From NCBI GenBank assembly GCA_049840995.1, contig JASGIP010000002.1: a stretch of DNA of 64,000 bases. One strand, written 5' to 3'. The DNA comes from Ferruginibacter sp. (GTDB lineage Bacteria > Bacteroidota > Bacteroidia > Chitinophagales > Chitinophagaceae). The notes under the pieces were generated by a model. That model worked only from the letters and a program-made list of their open reading frames with translations. It searched no databases and was not told the origin of the DNA. This document shows positions 20,019 through 27,971 of this stretch, in pieces; the first letter of the stretch is position 1, and each line of letters opens with the position of its first letter. The position numbers and the translations under genes are program-made.

Positions 20019-20837
20019 ATGCTATTACGATCTGTTATTTTATTATGCTTGTTAATAGAGAGCGCCGGTTTTGTTAATGGGGCAGGATGGTATGGCATAT
20101 GGAAATATGATGAAGATAAAAATATAACCCTGCAAAACATGTATGCTTACAATGATATTGATTTTGATATTCACAACATTTCTACAATAAAAAATGAAGG
20201 ATGTTGGTTAATTGGATTTGCTGAAGATAGTCTACAGCTAAAAAAAATGAATGTTGTAAGGGATTCTTTAAAGAACGGCCTGTTTACTTTTGAATTTCCT
20301 GGAATCAATCAGCTTAGCTGGTCTTTGTTTCAACGATTCCCTAACGGGAGGTGGTTAGAGTATATAAAAAAGAAAGACACCGCATTTACACAATTTGAAA
20401 TTCAGAAAGAAAATACGTTCGAGGGAAAAATATTTCAATATAACCGGAATAAATTAATGATCAGTTTTTATTCCTATAAAAGGAGTATGTTAAATGGCGC
20501 TTTTGCAACATATTTTGATAACGGGAGTTTATTGTCCTTAGGATCTTTTAAAGACGACCAATTTGACGAGCTCTGTATTTTCACAAAAGACCAAAAACTA
20601 AGCAGAGCCTATTCTTTTCTAAATAAATTTGAGAAGATATGGTCGAAAAATGGAAACTTGATGCAATTTGTTCAGATAAATACTTCCAGAGAACGGGATG
20701 GGATAGTAAAAGAATGGTATGAAAATGGAAAGCTAAAATACGAAGGGAGATACAGGAATGGTAAACAAGATGGCAAATGGATCTTTTATAAAAAAGATGG
20801 CAGTGTATCTAAAGTTGAGAATTTTCCTTCGCCATAG
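20019..20837 (+). CDS. Exported MORN-variant (YwqK-like) repeat protein
   Basis: Signal peptide; NGAFATYFDNG, DGIVKEWYENGKLKYEGRYRNGKQDGKWIFY repeats; AT-rich. Confidence 0.7.
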   Translation: MLLRSVILLCLLIESAGFVNGAGWYGIWKYDEDKNITLQNMYAYNDIDFDIHNISTIKNEGCWLIGFAEDSLQLKKMNVVRDSLKNGLFTFEFPGINQLSWSLFQRFPNGRWLEYIKKKDTAFTQFEIQKENTFEGKIFQYNRNKLMISFYSYKRSMLNGAFATYFDNGSLLSLGSFKDDQFDELCIFTKDQKLSRAYSFLNKFEKIWSKNGNLMQFVQINTSRERDGIVKEWYENGKLKYEGRYRNGKQDGKWIFYKKDGSVSKVENFPSP

Positions 20838-20855
20838 ATATTAATACCAGGTATA

Positions 20856-21060
20856 GGCGTATAGAACTCCCTATTACTAAGGCTGCTTAAAATTAAAGGA
20901 AGTTATCCTTTATTGCAAAGAATATTGCAGGCGTAGCCACCTGCGGTGCCTGGTGTGGGAACGCGGATTTTTAGGAGGGTAATGATGTGTTATGATCTAT
21001 CAGAGTAAATCATAATGATCTTTATGATCAGCGTTCCGGTGTGCATCGCCGAAGGCGATG
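20856..21060 (+). repeat. Right copy of the direct repeat; full R1 element ending in a CATCGCC-GAA-GGCGATG hairpin
   Basis: Matches 19824-19980; terminal hairpin at 21044-21060. Confidence 0.85.
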
Positions 21061-21172
21061 AAGCTTCATGGTCATTCCGGTTTTGACACACTCTGCTTCC
21101 TTTAATAAATGATAAAATAAACAAAAGAGGAGACCTCAACGATCTCCTCCTGTAATTTATATTATACACGGG

Positions 21173-22189
21173 TTAGTTGTCGCTATCGTCCTGCTCGGCA
21201 TTGGGAAAAAACTCCCAGCAGTCATCAAAGTATTGCGAGGATGAGGCGCCGGTGGTGAGGAATCCGCGGCCGCCCACTACAAAGCCAATAGCACCTTCAC
21301 GTAAGGTTCCTTCAAAACTTGTTTTTTGCGACCATTGGTCATTGACAAAATCATATTGCCAGGTAGTGCTGGGATTACCGCCACTGCCGGTAGCCAGGTA
21401 GGCCCGGTCGTTCATCACCAATACCGCGGCATTGCTGCGGGTGATATTGGTGCCGTAATCATCATCGTACTCTTCGTCATCATTGTAAGAAATGATCTTT
21501 CTCTTGGAAGCCCAGGAATCTGTGGAGGGATCATATATCCACAGGTCATCCACATAACTGCCGTTATTCGTTCCCGTTATAACATAGGCTTTGCTGTTGT
21601 ATACAAATGCAATGGCATCTCTGCGTTTGTCGCCGGTAAGACTTGCTTTTTGGGTCCAGCTGTCACTGGCAGGATCGTATTCCCAGAGATCTTTCAGGTA
21701 ATTGCCATTGTAGCCCGAGCAGATATAACCCTTGCCGCCAATGGAAAAGGCCACGGCGCTGGTGCGTATACCGCCATCAAAATCCTTCAGCTGCCGCCAG
21801 CTGTCTGTAATGCTGTTGTATTCCCACACATCGCCCAGGTAACGGATGCCGTCAAAACCGGTAGCCACATAGGCTTTATCGCCAATTGCAAATGCTACTG
21901 CACTGGTGCGGAGTGTACCGGGAAAAGCCGCTTTCCTGTACCAGGTACCGGTGGAGGGTTCAAACTGCCACACATCACTTAAGCGATCATTGCCATCGGT
22001 ACCGCCACCGATATAGAAATGATCATTGATGATAAAGCTGAAGGCATCGGTTCGTCCTACACCTTCCATTTCCGAACTCCTTTTCCAGTTACCAACAAGG
22101 TCATCGGAATCATCGGATTTTTTACAAGACACAAAGAACAATAGTGATACAGCGACCAATATCTGGATGGGGCTGATTTTTTTTTCCAT
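21173..22189 (-). CDS. Kelch repeat lipoprotein
   Basis: Lipobox FVSC; about six Kelch blades (AFAIGDKAYVATG...DVWEY...W). Confidence 0.88.
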   Translation of the reverse strand: MEKKISPIQILVAVSLLFFVSCKKSDDSDDLVGNWKRSSEMEGVGRTDAFSFIINDHFYIGGGTDGNDRLSDVWQFEPSTGTWYRKAAFPGTLRTSAVAFAIGDKAYVATGFDGIRYLGDVWEYNSITDSWRQLKDFDGGIRTSAVAFSIGGKGYICSGYNGNYLKDLWEYDPASDSWTQKASLTGDKRRDAIAFVYNSKAYVITGTNNGSYVDDLWIYDPSTDSWASKRKIISYNDDEEYDDDYGTNITRSNAAVLVMNDRAYLATGSGGNPSTTWQYDFVNDQWSQKTSFEGTLREGAIGFVVGGRGFLTTGASSSQYFDDCWEFFPNAEQDDSDN

Positions 22190-22638
22190 AATAAGGATGT
22201 TTAAAAGTTAGCAATGGATGCTGCAACGAAGCATTAAAATTGTGCCACGGCGTTTTAAAAAACTTGTTAAAATAGCCTGGCAGGACAGATCAGCGGCTGA
22301 ACAGGAAAAATGCTTGTGTCGGCTGAAACCCGCATGAATACTGGATTTTTTTAACTTTTTATCCGCAGCTTTTTTTATATGTTTGCTGTCTTGGTTTTTT
22401 GTATACAGTTATAACAGGCTGAAGGGTACATGAACGCTGCAACGAAGCGATGTATCCTGAAGCCTGTTTTTTTATTAGAGAGGTACTGCTAAATGGCTGC
22501 TATAACAGCATAGGGTGTACGTAAAATATAGTGGCCATGCACTGAGAATCAATATTGTGATAAGGCTGTAAGTAATACGGCTTTGCATAGAGTTAATTTG
22601 CTTTTCGCTTGCTGTTAGCCGTGAAGGAGGGTTCGGTG

Positions 22639-22704
22639 GGAGTCCTGTATGTGTCCCGTTAAGATCCTGTAAATGTCCGGTTAAAGTCCCGTAAATGTCC
22701 CGTG
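22639..22704. repeat. Six tandem degenerate 11-mers
   Basis: TCC recurs at 22643, 22654, 22665, 22676, 22687, 22698; consensus about AAwGTCCyGTw. Confidence 0.8.
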
Positions 22705-22873
22705 AGTGTTCTATGATAATCCTTTGTTAGTGATGGTAGTAGGTATAGTGGATGTATTCATTTTTATCGGGTATGTTTTAATGATGGCGGCATGCGCCGG
22801 TTGTTAATAATAAGACGGTGGCGGGGAGGAAGAGGGTTGCATTTTATTTGGATATTGTTTTATGATGGAGGGA

Positions 22874-22943
22874 TACGCCGTTTGTCGGATCCAAGACGGC
22901 GGCGAGTGGAGTACGCCGTTTGTTGAAACCAAGACGGCGGCGA
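22874..22943 (+). repeat. Two tandem R2 short REP-like hairpins
   Basis: TACGCCGTTTGT-n-CCAAGACGGCGGCGA at 22874 and 22912. Confidence 0.85.
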
Positions 22944-23035
22944 AGCATGAAGCGAAGTTGCTTATACACTAAAAAAATGCATACCGCAAACAATCGTGTT
23001 TTTGGTATGCATTGTATTAAATGTGAGATCCGTTT

Positions 23036-23548
23036 TTATTTAGTATACCTGGCTTTTGTGGTCATATCACCTCTTGGAGATGAAGATTGTGTTACAACAG
23101 ATAATTCACCTTCTTTGGTAAGTGTCCAGGTCTCTGTTGATTTGAATTCATTGGTTTGGCCATCTCTTTCAAAAAGCGTGCTGTTGCTGATGATGAGTGT
23201 TTGTCCATCATCCGACCATTTTGCGGTGGATTTTCTTTTAGAGCCACCAAAGCCTTCTGATTCGGTTACTTTACCATCAAAAGTCAATGTGATCGTTGTA
23301 GTCCTGGGATCGCCGCCATTAAAACCGGGTGTTGTTCTTGCTATTGTGATAGCATTGTCTTTTTGCTCTGCTTTTATTGCAGTGGCTGCAAAGTTTTTAA
23401 AATCTCCGAGCTCACTTTTTGATTCGTTCAATTTCCAGTCGCCGGAAAAATTTGCTTTGTCGGCATTCCATGAAAATGAGCACAGCATTACTGCCGGCAG
23501 TAATAATAGATAAAGCGCTTTTTTTGAAAAGGAAAGTTTCATATACAT
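23036..23548 (-). CDS. Exported hypothetical protein (lipocalin-like beta barrel)
   Basis: Signal peptide; NFSGDWKLNESKS start, beta-strand pattern. Confidence 0.65.
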   Translation of the reverse strand: MYMKLSFSKKALYLLLLPAVMLCSFSWNADKANFSGDWKLNESKSELGDFKNFAATAIKAEQKDNAITIARTTPGFNGGDPRTTTITLTFDGKVTESEGFGGSKRKSTAKWSDDGQTLIISNSTLFERDGQTNEFKSTETWTLTKEGELSVVTQSSSPRGDMTTKARYTK

Positions 23549-23795
23549 TAGTTTTTAGGGATTAAATGTAAATGAAAAAATTTGATTTTTATGAATCACT
23601 TGCAGGGCAAGAGGGAAATAAACAGGAGCGCTGTGCTTAAAATTATTTTTAAGTTATCATTCAACTTTGTTTTACCCTGGTTCAATAAAGAAAATGACCT
23701 TTTCGCAATGCGTTTTTACAATATTAAGAAGAAGATTGTTTTTCTTGAAAACCAAGTTGCAATTATTGGTGGTTGTATGGAATAGGTTGAGTGGG

Positions 23796-23926
23796 TACGC
23801 CGTTTGTTGTACTTCGACAAAGCTCAGTACCAAGACGGCGGCGAAAAAATTGGGTTGCAATTATTGGGAGGTTGTGTGGAATAGGATGAGTGTATACGCC
23901 GTTTGTTGAAACCAAGACGGCGGCGG
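23796..23926 (+). repeat. R2 long copy (23796-23844) and R2 short copy (23895-23926)
   Basis: The long form carries GTACTTCGACAAAGCTCAGTAC in the loop. Confidence 0.85.
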
Positions 23927-23943
23927 CGGACGGGGCAAAGAAA

Positions 23944-23966
23944 AAAAGCAGGGAAAACCTGCTTTT
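23944..23966 (-). terminator. Terminator of the peptide-export operon
   Basis: AAAAGCAGG-GAAAA-CCTGCTTTT with the T-run on the minus strand, downstream of the HlyD stop. Confidence 0.75.
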
Positions 23967-23982
23967 ACGTTTTACATAAGGA

Positions 23983-25317
23983 TCAATTTTTTATGGTATT
24001 GAGCATGCTGTTATAAAACCGCTGGAGCAGGCGCATATTTTGTGTTATGATCTCTGCCTGGGCTGCAAGGCCATCGGTAAACTGCACTTGTTTTTTATAA
24101 TTGGTCTGTAGCTTGTTTGGCAAGATCACTCTTGCAAGATAGCCGCTGTCGGTGGTGATATTGGAAATGAAATCGATCCTTCCCCGTACGTATCCATATT
24201 CCTGGAAAGGGTAGGCGGCAAATTTTAATTGTACTTCCTGGCCAATATGCACTTTTCCAAAATTGGTTTGAGGTATATGGATCTCTGCATAATAAGATGC
24301 GTTGCCGGGATTCACAAAACATATTACCCGGTTGTTTTCCAGCTGTTGGTTTTCTTGCAGGAAGCTGGCAAATGCTACCACGCCATCAACTGGTGCGGTT
24401 AAAATATATTTCTTTTTCCATTCTTCCAGTTCGCTTTTGAAAGTATTTAATGACTGGATGAAAATATTTTTTTGTTGTGCCACCTGGTTATCCAGTTCCA
24501 GTATCTCTTTTTGTTTTTCATTTTGTGTGTTCTCATTACTGAGCAGGTTGCTGCTGATCTGTGGCAGGGATATTTTTTTATTCAGCAGTTTACTTTCCTC
24601 GTTGCGGTAATCGAAAGCGGATATCACGCCGTCTGTTTTCAATTGTTTGTTGGCATCAAATGTTTGCTGTGTTAGATCAAGATCCTTCTCCAGGATTTCT
24701 TTTTGCTGTTCCAGTGCCGAATGCTGCCGCTGCAGGTTCATCATATCTTTCTGCAACATATTTTTTTTGTGCAGATAAAAACCGCTGCTGAGGTAATCGC
24801 AGAATTGGCGCAACTGCTGCATGAATGTTTGGTATTGCGGTTGTAATTCGCCCAATTGCTGGTGAATGTCGGTAAGATAGGGCAGCGCTTTTTCGGGTGC
24901 GTTGTTATCAAGATGATACCGAAGGTTGTCAATTTCCTGGTCCAGTGCGATCACTTCTTCAGGATCGGCAATACTTTCCATGAAGGCGAGTACTGTTCCT
25001 TTTTTGACGAATGTATTTTCTTTTACAAAGAGCCGGACCAGTTTTCCCGCTATGAGTGTTTTAACTTCTTTGGGCGCATTCAGGGAGGTGAGCTTTGCTT
25101 TTGTAAGAACAGTGTCCGGGTAGCTTATCAGCCAGCAGGCAGCGATCATCAGCAGCAATACCACCAGGAAAATACTGGTACCCCGCCTGGTAATAAAGCC
25201 CGGCCGGTTGGATATGATTTCCTGTATCAAGGAATCCTGCAGTTCTTCCTTTGTTGCTGTAATGCTTATTTGCTCACTGTTATGTGTAGACGTAATATGA
25301 TGCCTATTGACTGGCAT
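23983..25317 (-). CDS. HlyD family membrane fusion protein of a type I peptide exporter
   Basis: Single N-terminal TM, lipoyl half-motifs (VKKGTVLA; LTAPVDG), coiled coil, AYPFQEYG; start 25317 avoids a 71-nt overlap with the transporter. Confidence 0.88.
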   Translation of the reverse strand: MPVNRHHITSTHNSEQISITATKEELQDSLIQEIISNRPGFITRRGTSIFLVVLLLMIAACWLISYPDTVLTKAKLTSLNAPKEVKTLIAGKLVRLFVKENTFVKKGTVLAFMESIADPEEVIALDQEIDNLRYHLDNNAPEKALPYLTDIHQQLGELQPQYQTFMQQLRQFCDYLSSGFYLHKKNMLQKDMMNLQRQHSALEQQKEILEKDLDLTQQTFDANKQLKTDGVISAFDYRNEESKLLNKKISLPQISSNLLSNENTQNEKQKEILELDNQVAQQKNIFIQSLNTFKSELEEWKKKYILTAPVDGVVAFASFLQENQQLENNRVICFVNPGNASYYAEIHIPQTNFGKVHIGQEVQLKFAAYPFQEYGYVRGRIDFISNITTDSGYLARVILPNKLQTNYKKQVQFTDGLAAQAEIITQNMRLLQRFYNSMLNTIKN

Positions 25318-25327
25318 ATAGTTATTT

Positions 25328-27520
25328 TTAATTGCCCATTTCAAGTTGATTGCGCACGAGTTCAAAATAATTTTTCTTTCTCCTGGCCAATTGCTCATGC
25401 GTTCCTTCTTCTATGATCTCACCTTTGTCCAGCACCACGATCTTATCGGCGTTCTTTACCGTACTTAAGCGGTGCGCTACCACCACCACTGTTTTGCCTT
25501 TAAAGAATTCCTGCAATTGTTCCATAATGAGTTTTTCATTATTGGCATCCAGGGCGTTGGTTGCTTCATCAAAAAAAAGGTATTCGGGATTTTTGTATAC
25601 GGCACGGGCTATTAAAATGCGCTGTCTTTGCCCGGCACTGATGCCATTACCTTCGGCGCCTATTTTTGTCTGGAACCCCAGCGGCAACGATTCTATGAAG
25701 GAGAGTATATTAGCCACTTTGCAGGCATGCAGTAATTTTTTGTGATCGGTCACTTCGTCACTTACCGCAATGTTTTTGGCAATGGTATCGCTGAAGATAA
25801 AGCCATCCTGCATTACCGTACCGCAATTGTGCCGCCAGTATTTGGGGCTGATATGTTGCAGGCTGCTGTCGCCTATTTTTAAACTGCCCTTATAACCACT
25901 GTAAAATTGCAGCAGTAATTTTAACAGTGTTGTTTTACCACTGCCACTCATACCTACTATGGCGGTGACCTTGCCCTCGGGTATCACGAGATCTAAATTT
26001 TTTAATACCGGTTCATTACCTGCACCGGCGTAAGTGAAAGAAAGATCATTGATATGGATAGATCTGTCCTGTGGTAAATGCGTGATGAAAGTTTTTTCTG
26101 CCGGTTCTTCTTCTTCCAGTTGATGGATCTCATTGAGCCGCTCCAGGCTTATCCGTGCATCCTGTGCCTGTTGCACAAAACTGATCAATTGTTCTATAGG
26201 GCTGTTAAGCTGACCGATGATGGATTGTATAGCCATCATAGCGCCCAATGTCAACTGACCATCGAGCACTGCTTTGGCAACAAAAAATGTAATGAGCATG
26301 TTTTTTCCTTCATTGATAAATAATGCCCCGGCCTGCTGGTATTGACTTAGTGAAAGGTTTTTAAAGCTGAGATTAAATATGGATGCCTGTACATTTTCCC
26401 ATTCCCATCGACGCAGGTGCTCTGCATTGTTCAGTTTTATATCCTGCATGCCCTGTATCATCTGCATGGTAATACCATTTTCTTTTGCAGAGAGGTCGAA
26501 GGTTTTATAATTGAGGTTGCGGCGGTATTTTAAAAACAGTTTTATCCAGGAAAAATATATAATGCTGCCGATACAGAAAATGAAAAAGATTCTCCAGTCG
26601 TACATTAAAAGCACAATCGAGAACATCACGAGGTTGATGCAAGAAAACAATACGTTCAATGTTGACCCGGTGAGAAAGGATTCTATTTTACGGTGATCGC
26701 CTATGCGCTGTAAAATATCCCCGGTCATTTTGGTATCAAAAAATGAGAGTGGCAGGCGCATCAGTTTTATCCAGAAGAAAGATAATAAGGAAAGGTTGAT
26801 CCGGGTACTGATAAATAACAATATGCGGCTTCGGATAAATTCTACAACCGTTCTGCCAAAGAACAGCATGAACTGAGCAATCAAAACAATATAGATGAAT
26901 TGGAGGTTGTGCGTATTGATGCCGGTATCAACTATGCTTTGTGTAAGAAAGGGGAGTACCAATTGCAACAGGCTGCCGATGCCCAGGCCCATGAATACCT
27001 GCACAATGTATTTTTTATGCCGTGTAAGCTGCTGTAACAATATGCTCCATCCCAGTTTTTTATCTTTATCACCTTCCTGTTTATAGAATGCGGCTGTTGG
27101 TTCCAGCAACAGGGCAATGCCCGTTTGTTCGCTGTTGTTTTTATTACTGCTCCATTTTTTTAAAAAACTCTCTTTACTGCATTCGATGATCCCGGTGGCT
27201 GGGTCTGCTATAATAATTTTTTTAAGGGTTGAAGAGGGAGTTACCACCACGAAATGGTCCTGTCCCCAATGTACAATGCAGGGCAGCTTTGTTGCTTTAA
27301 TTAATTGCTCAAAATTCAATTTTACGCCTGCTGTATGGTATCCTATGTTCTCTGCCGCTTCGCTGATGCCTAATAGTGATACACCTTCTTTACTGAAACC
27401 GCTTTTTTGCCGCAGGTTGTCCAGCGAAAAATGCCGTCCGTAATATTTACTGATCATGCGCAGGCAGGATGGCCCGCAATCCATGGTATCGTGCTGCTTA
27501 TAAAATGGGAAGGTTGGCAT
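25328..27520 (-). CDS. Peptidase-containing ABC transporter (C39 + ABC; PCAT)
   Basis: QHDTMDCG catalytic Cys, HW...HF catalytic His region, TM domain, Walker A GMSGSGKT, ISAGQRQR signature, FFDEATNALD. Confidence 0.95.
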   Translation of the reverse strand: MPTFPFYKQHDTMDCGPSCLRMISKYYGRHFSLDNLRQKSGFSKEGVSLLGISEAAENIGYHTAGVKLNFEQLIKATKLPCIVHWGQDHFVVVTPSSTLKKIIIADPATGIIECSKESFLKKWSSNKNNSEQTGIALLLEPTAAFYKQEGDKDKKLGWSILLQQLTRHKKYIVQVFMGLGIGSLLQLVLPFLTQSIVDTGINTHNLQFIYIVLIAQFMLFFGRTVVEFIRSRILLFISTRINLSLLSFFWIKLMRLPLSFFDTKMTGDILQRIGDHRKIESFLTGSTLNVLFSCINLVMFSIVLLMYDWRIFFIFCIGSIIYFSWIKLFLKYRRNLNYKTFDLSAKENGITMQMIQGMQDIKLNNAEHLRRWEWENVQASIFNLSFKNLSLSQYQQAGALFINEGKNMLITFFVAKAVLDGQLTLGAMMAIQSIIGQLNSPIEQLISFVQQAQDARISLERLNEIHQLEEEEPAEKTFITHLPQDRSIHINDLSFTYAGAGNEPVLKNLDLVIPEGKVTAIVGMSGSGKTTLLKLLLQFYSGYKGSLKIGDSSLQHISPKYWRHNCGTVMQDGFIFSDTIAKNIAVSDEVTDHKKLLHACKVANILSFIESLPLGFQTKIGAEGNGISAGQRQRILIARAVYKNPEYLFFDEATNALDANNEKLIMEQLQEFFKGKTVVVVAHRLSTVKNADKIVVLDKGEIIEEGTHEQLARRKKNYFELVRNQLEMGN

Positions 27521-27550
27521 CGGGAAATGTTTCTTTGTTCAATAAGGATC

Positions 27551-27594
27551 AAAAAAGTAAAACCTGGTTTGAGTAATACAAACCAGGTTTTACT
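27551..27594 (-). terminator. Strong hairpin/terminator between the precursor and PCAT genes
   Basis: Perfect 16-bp stem AGTAAAACCTGGTTTG(27556-71)/CAAACCAGGTTTTACT(27579-94), T-run on the minus strand. Confidence 0.85.
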
Positions 27595-27612
27595 GGCCTG
27601 CAATTGTTTTTC

Positions 27613-27861
27613 CTATGAAGGATTCATGCAGGTGCAGGATGCAGGCCAAGGTGGATTGTACATGCATCCCATCGCATCTACCTGAAGTGTTTCAGGGTCG
27701 CAATTAGGCACTGCAATGGCAATTGGGGTTGTGCATTCGCCACCAGATGCAGCTGCGCAACACCTGAAAAGGCATCCATTGGGTAATTTATACCCTCCTT
27801 TTACATTTTTCATTTCTTCTTTGGACAACAGTGTGCCCAAATCTTTATATTTCATTAACAT
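27613..27861 (-). CDS. Double-glycine leader precursor peptide with an 8-Cys core
   Basis: LSKEEMKNVKGG leader; 59-aa core C-x3-CC-x7-C-x10-C-x11-C-x9-C-x-C; directly upstream of the PCAT. Confidence 0.88.
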   Translation of the reverse strand: MLMKYKDLGTLLSKEEMKNVKGGYKLPNGCLFRCCAAASGGECTTPIAIAVPNCDPETLQVDAMGCMYNPPWPASCTCMNPS

Positions 27862-27971
27862 AGCTTACGACAGTTTTATAACATACAAAAGCTGCCAAAA
27901 ACTTTAATTTTTAATTTGCCTACTCTGTTATAAAGGTTTTCGGCTTCGCCTTCTTTTTGGCCAAAAGAATT

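Noticed and set aside
21326-21982. 218-aa plus-strand ORF (likewise 55-474, 22920-23513, 24856-25416 and other shadow ORFs)
   Set aside because: Antisense to well-supported genes, with no recognisable motifs.
22294-22327. CGGCTGAA repeated 26 nt apart upstream of the Kelch gene as a LytTR site
   Set aside because: Only 8 nt long, with no adjacent regulator; could be chance.
27613-27861. Lanthipeptide, ranthipeptide or sactipeptide interpretation of the Cys/Ser/Thr-containing core
   Set aside because: No LanB/C/M, radical SAM or SPASM gene nearby; the even Cys count and the adjacent VKOR-thioredoxin favour disulfides. A trans-acting enzyme cannot be excluded.
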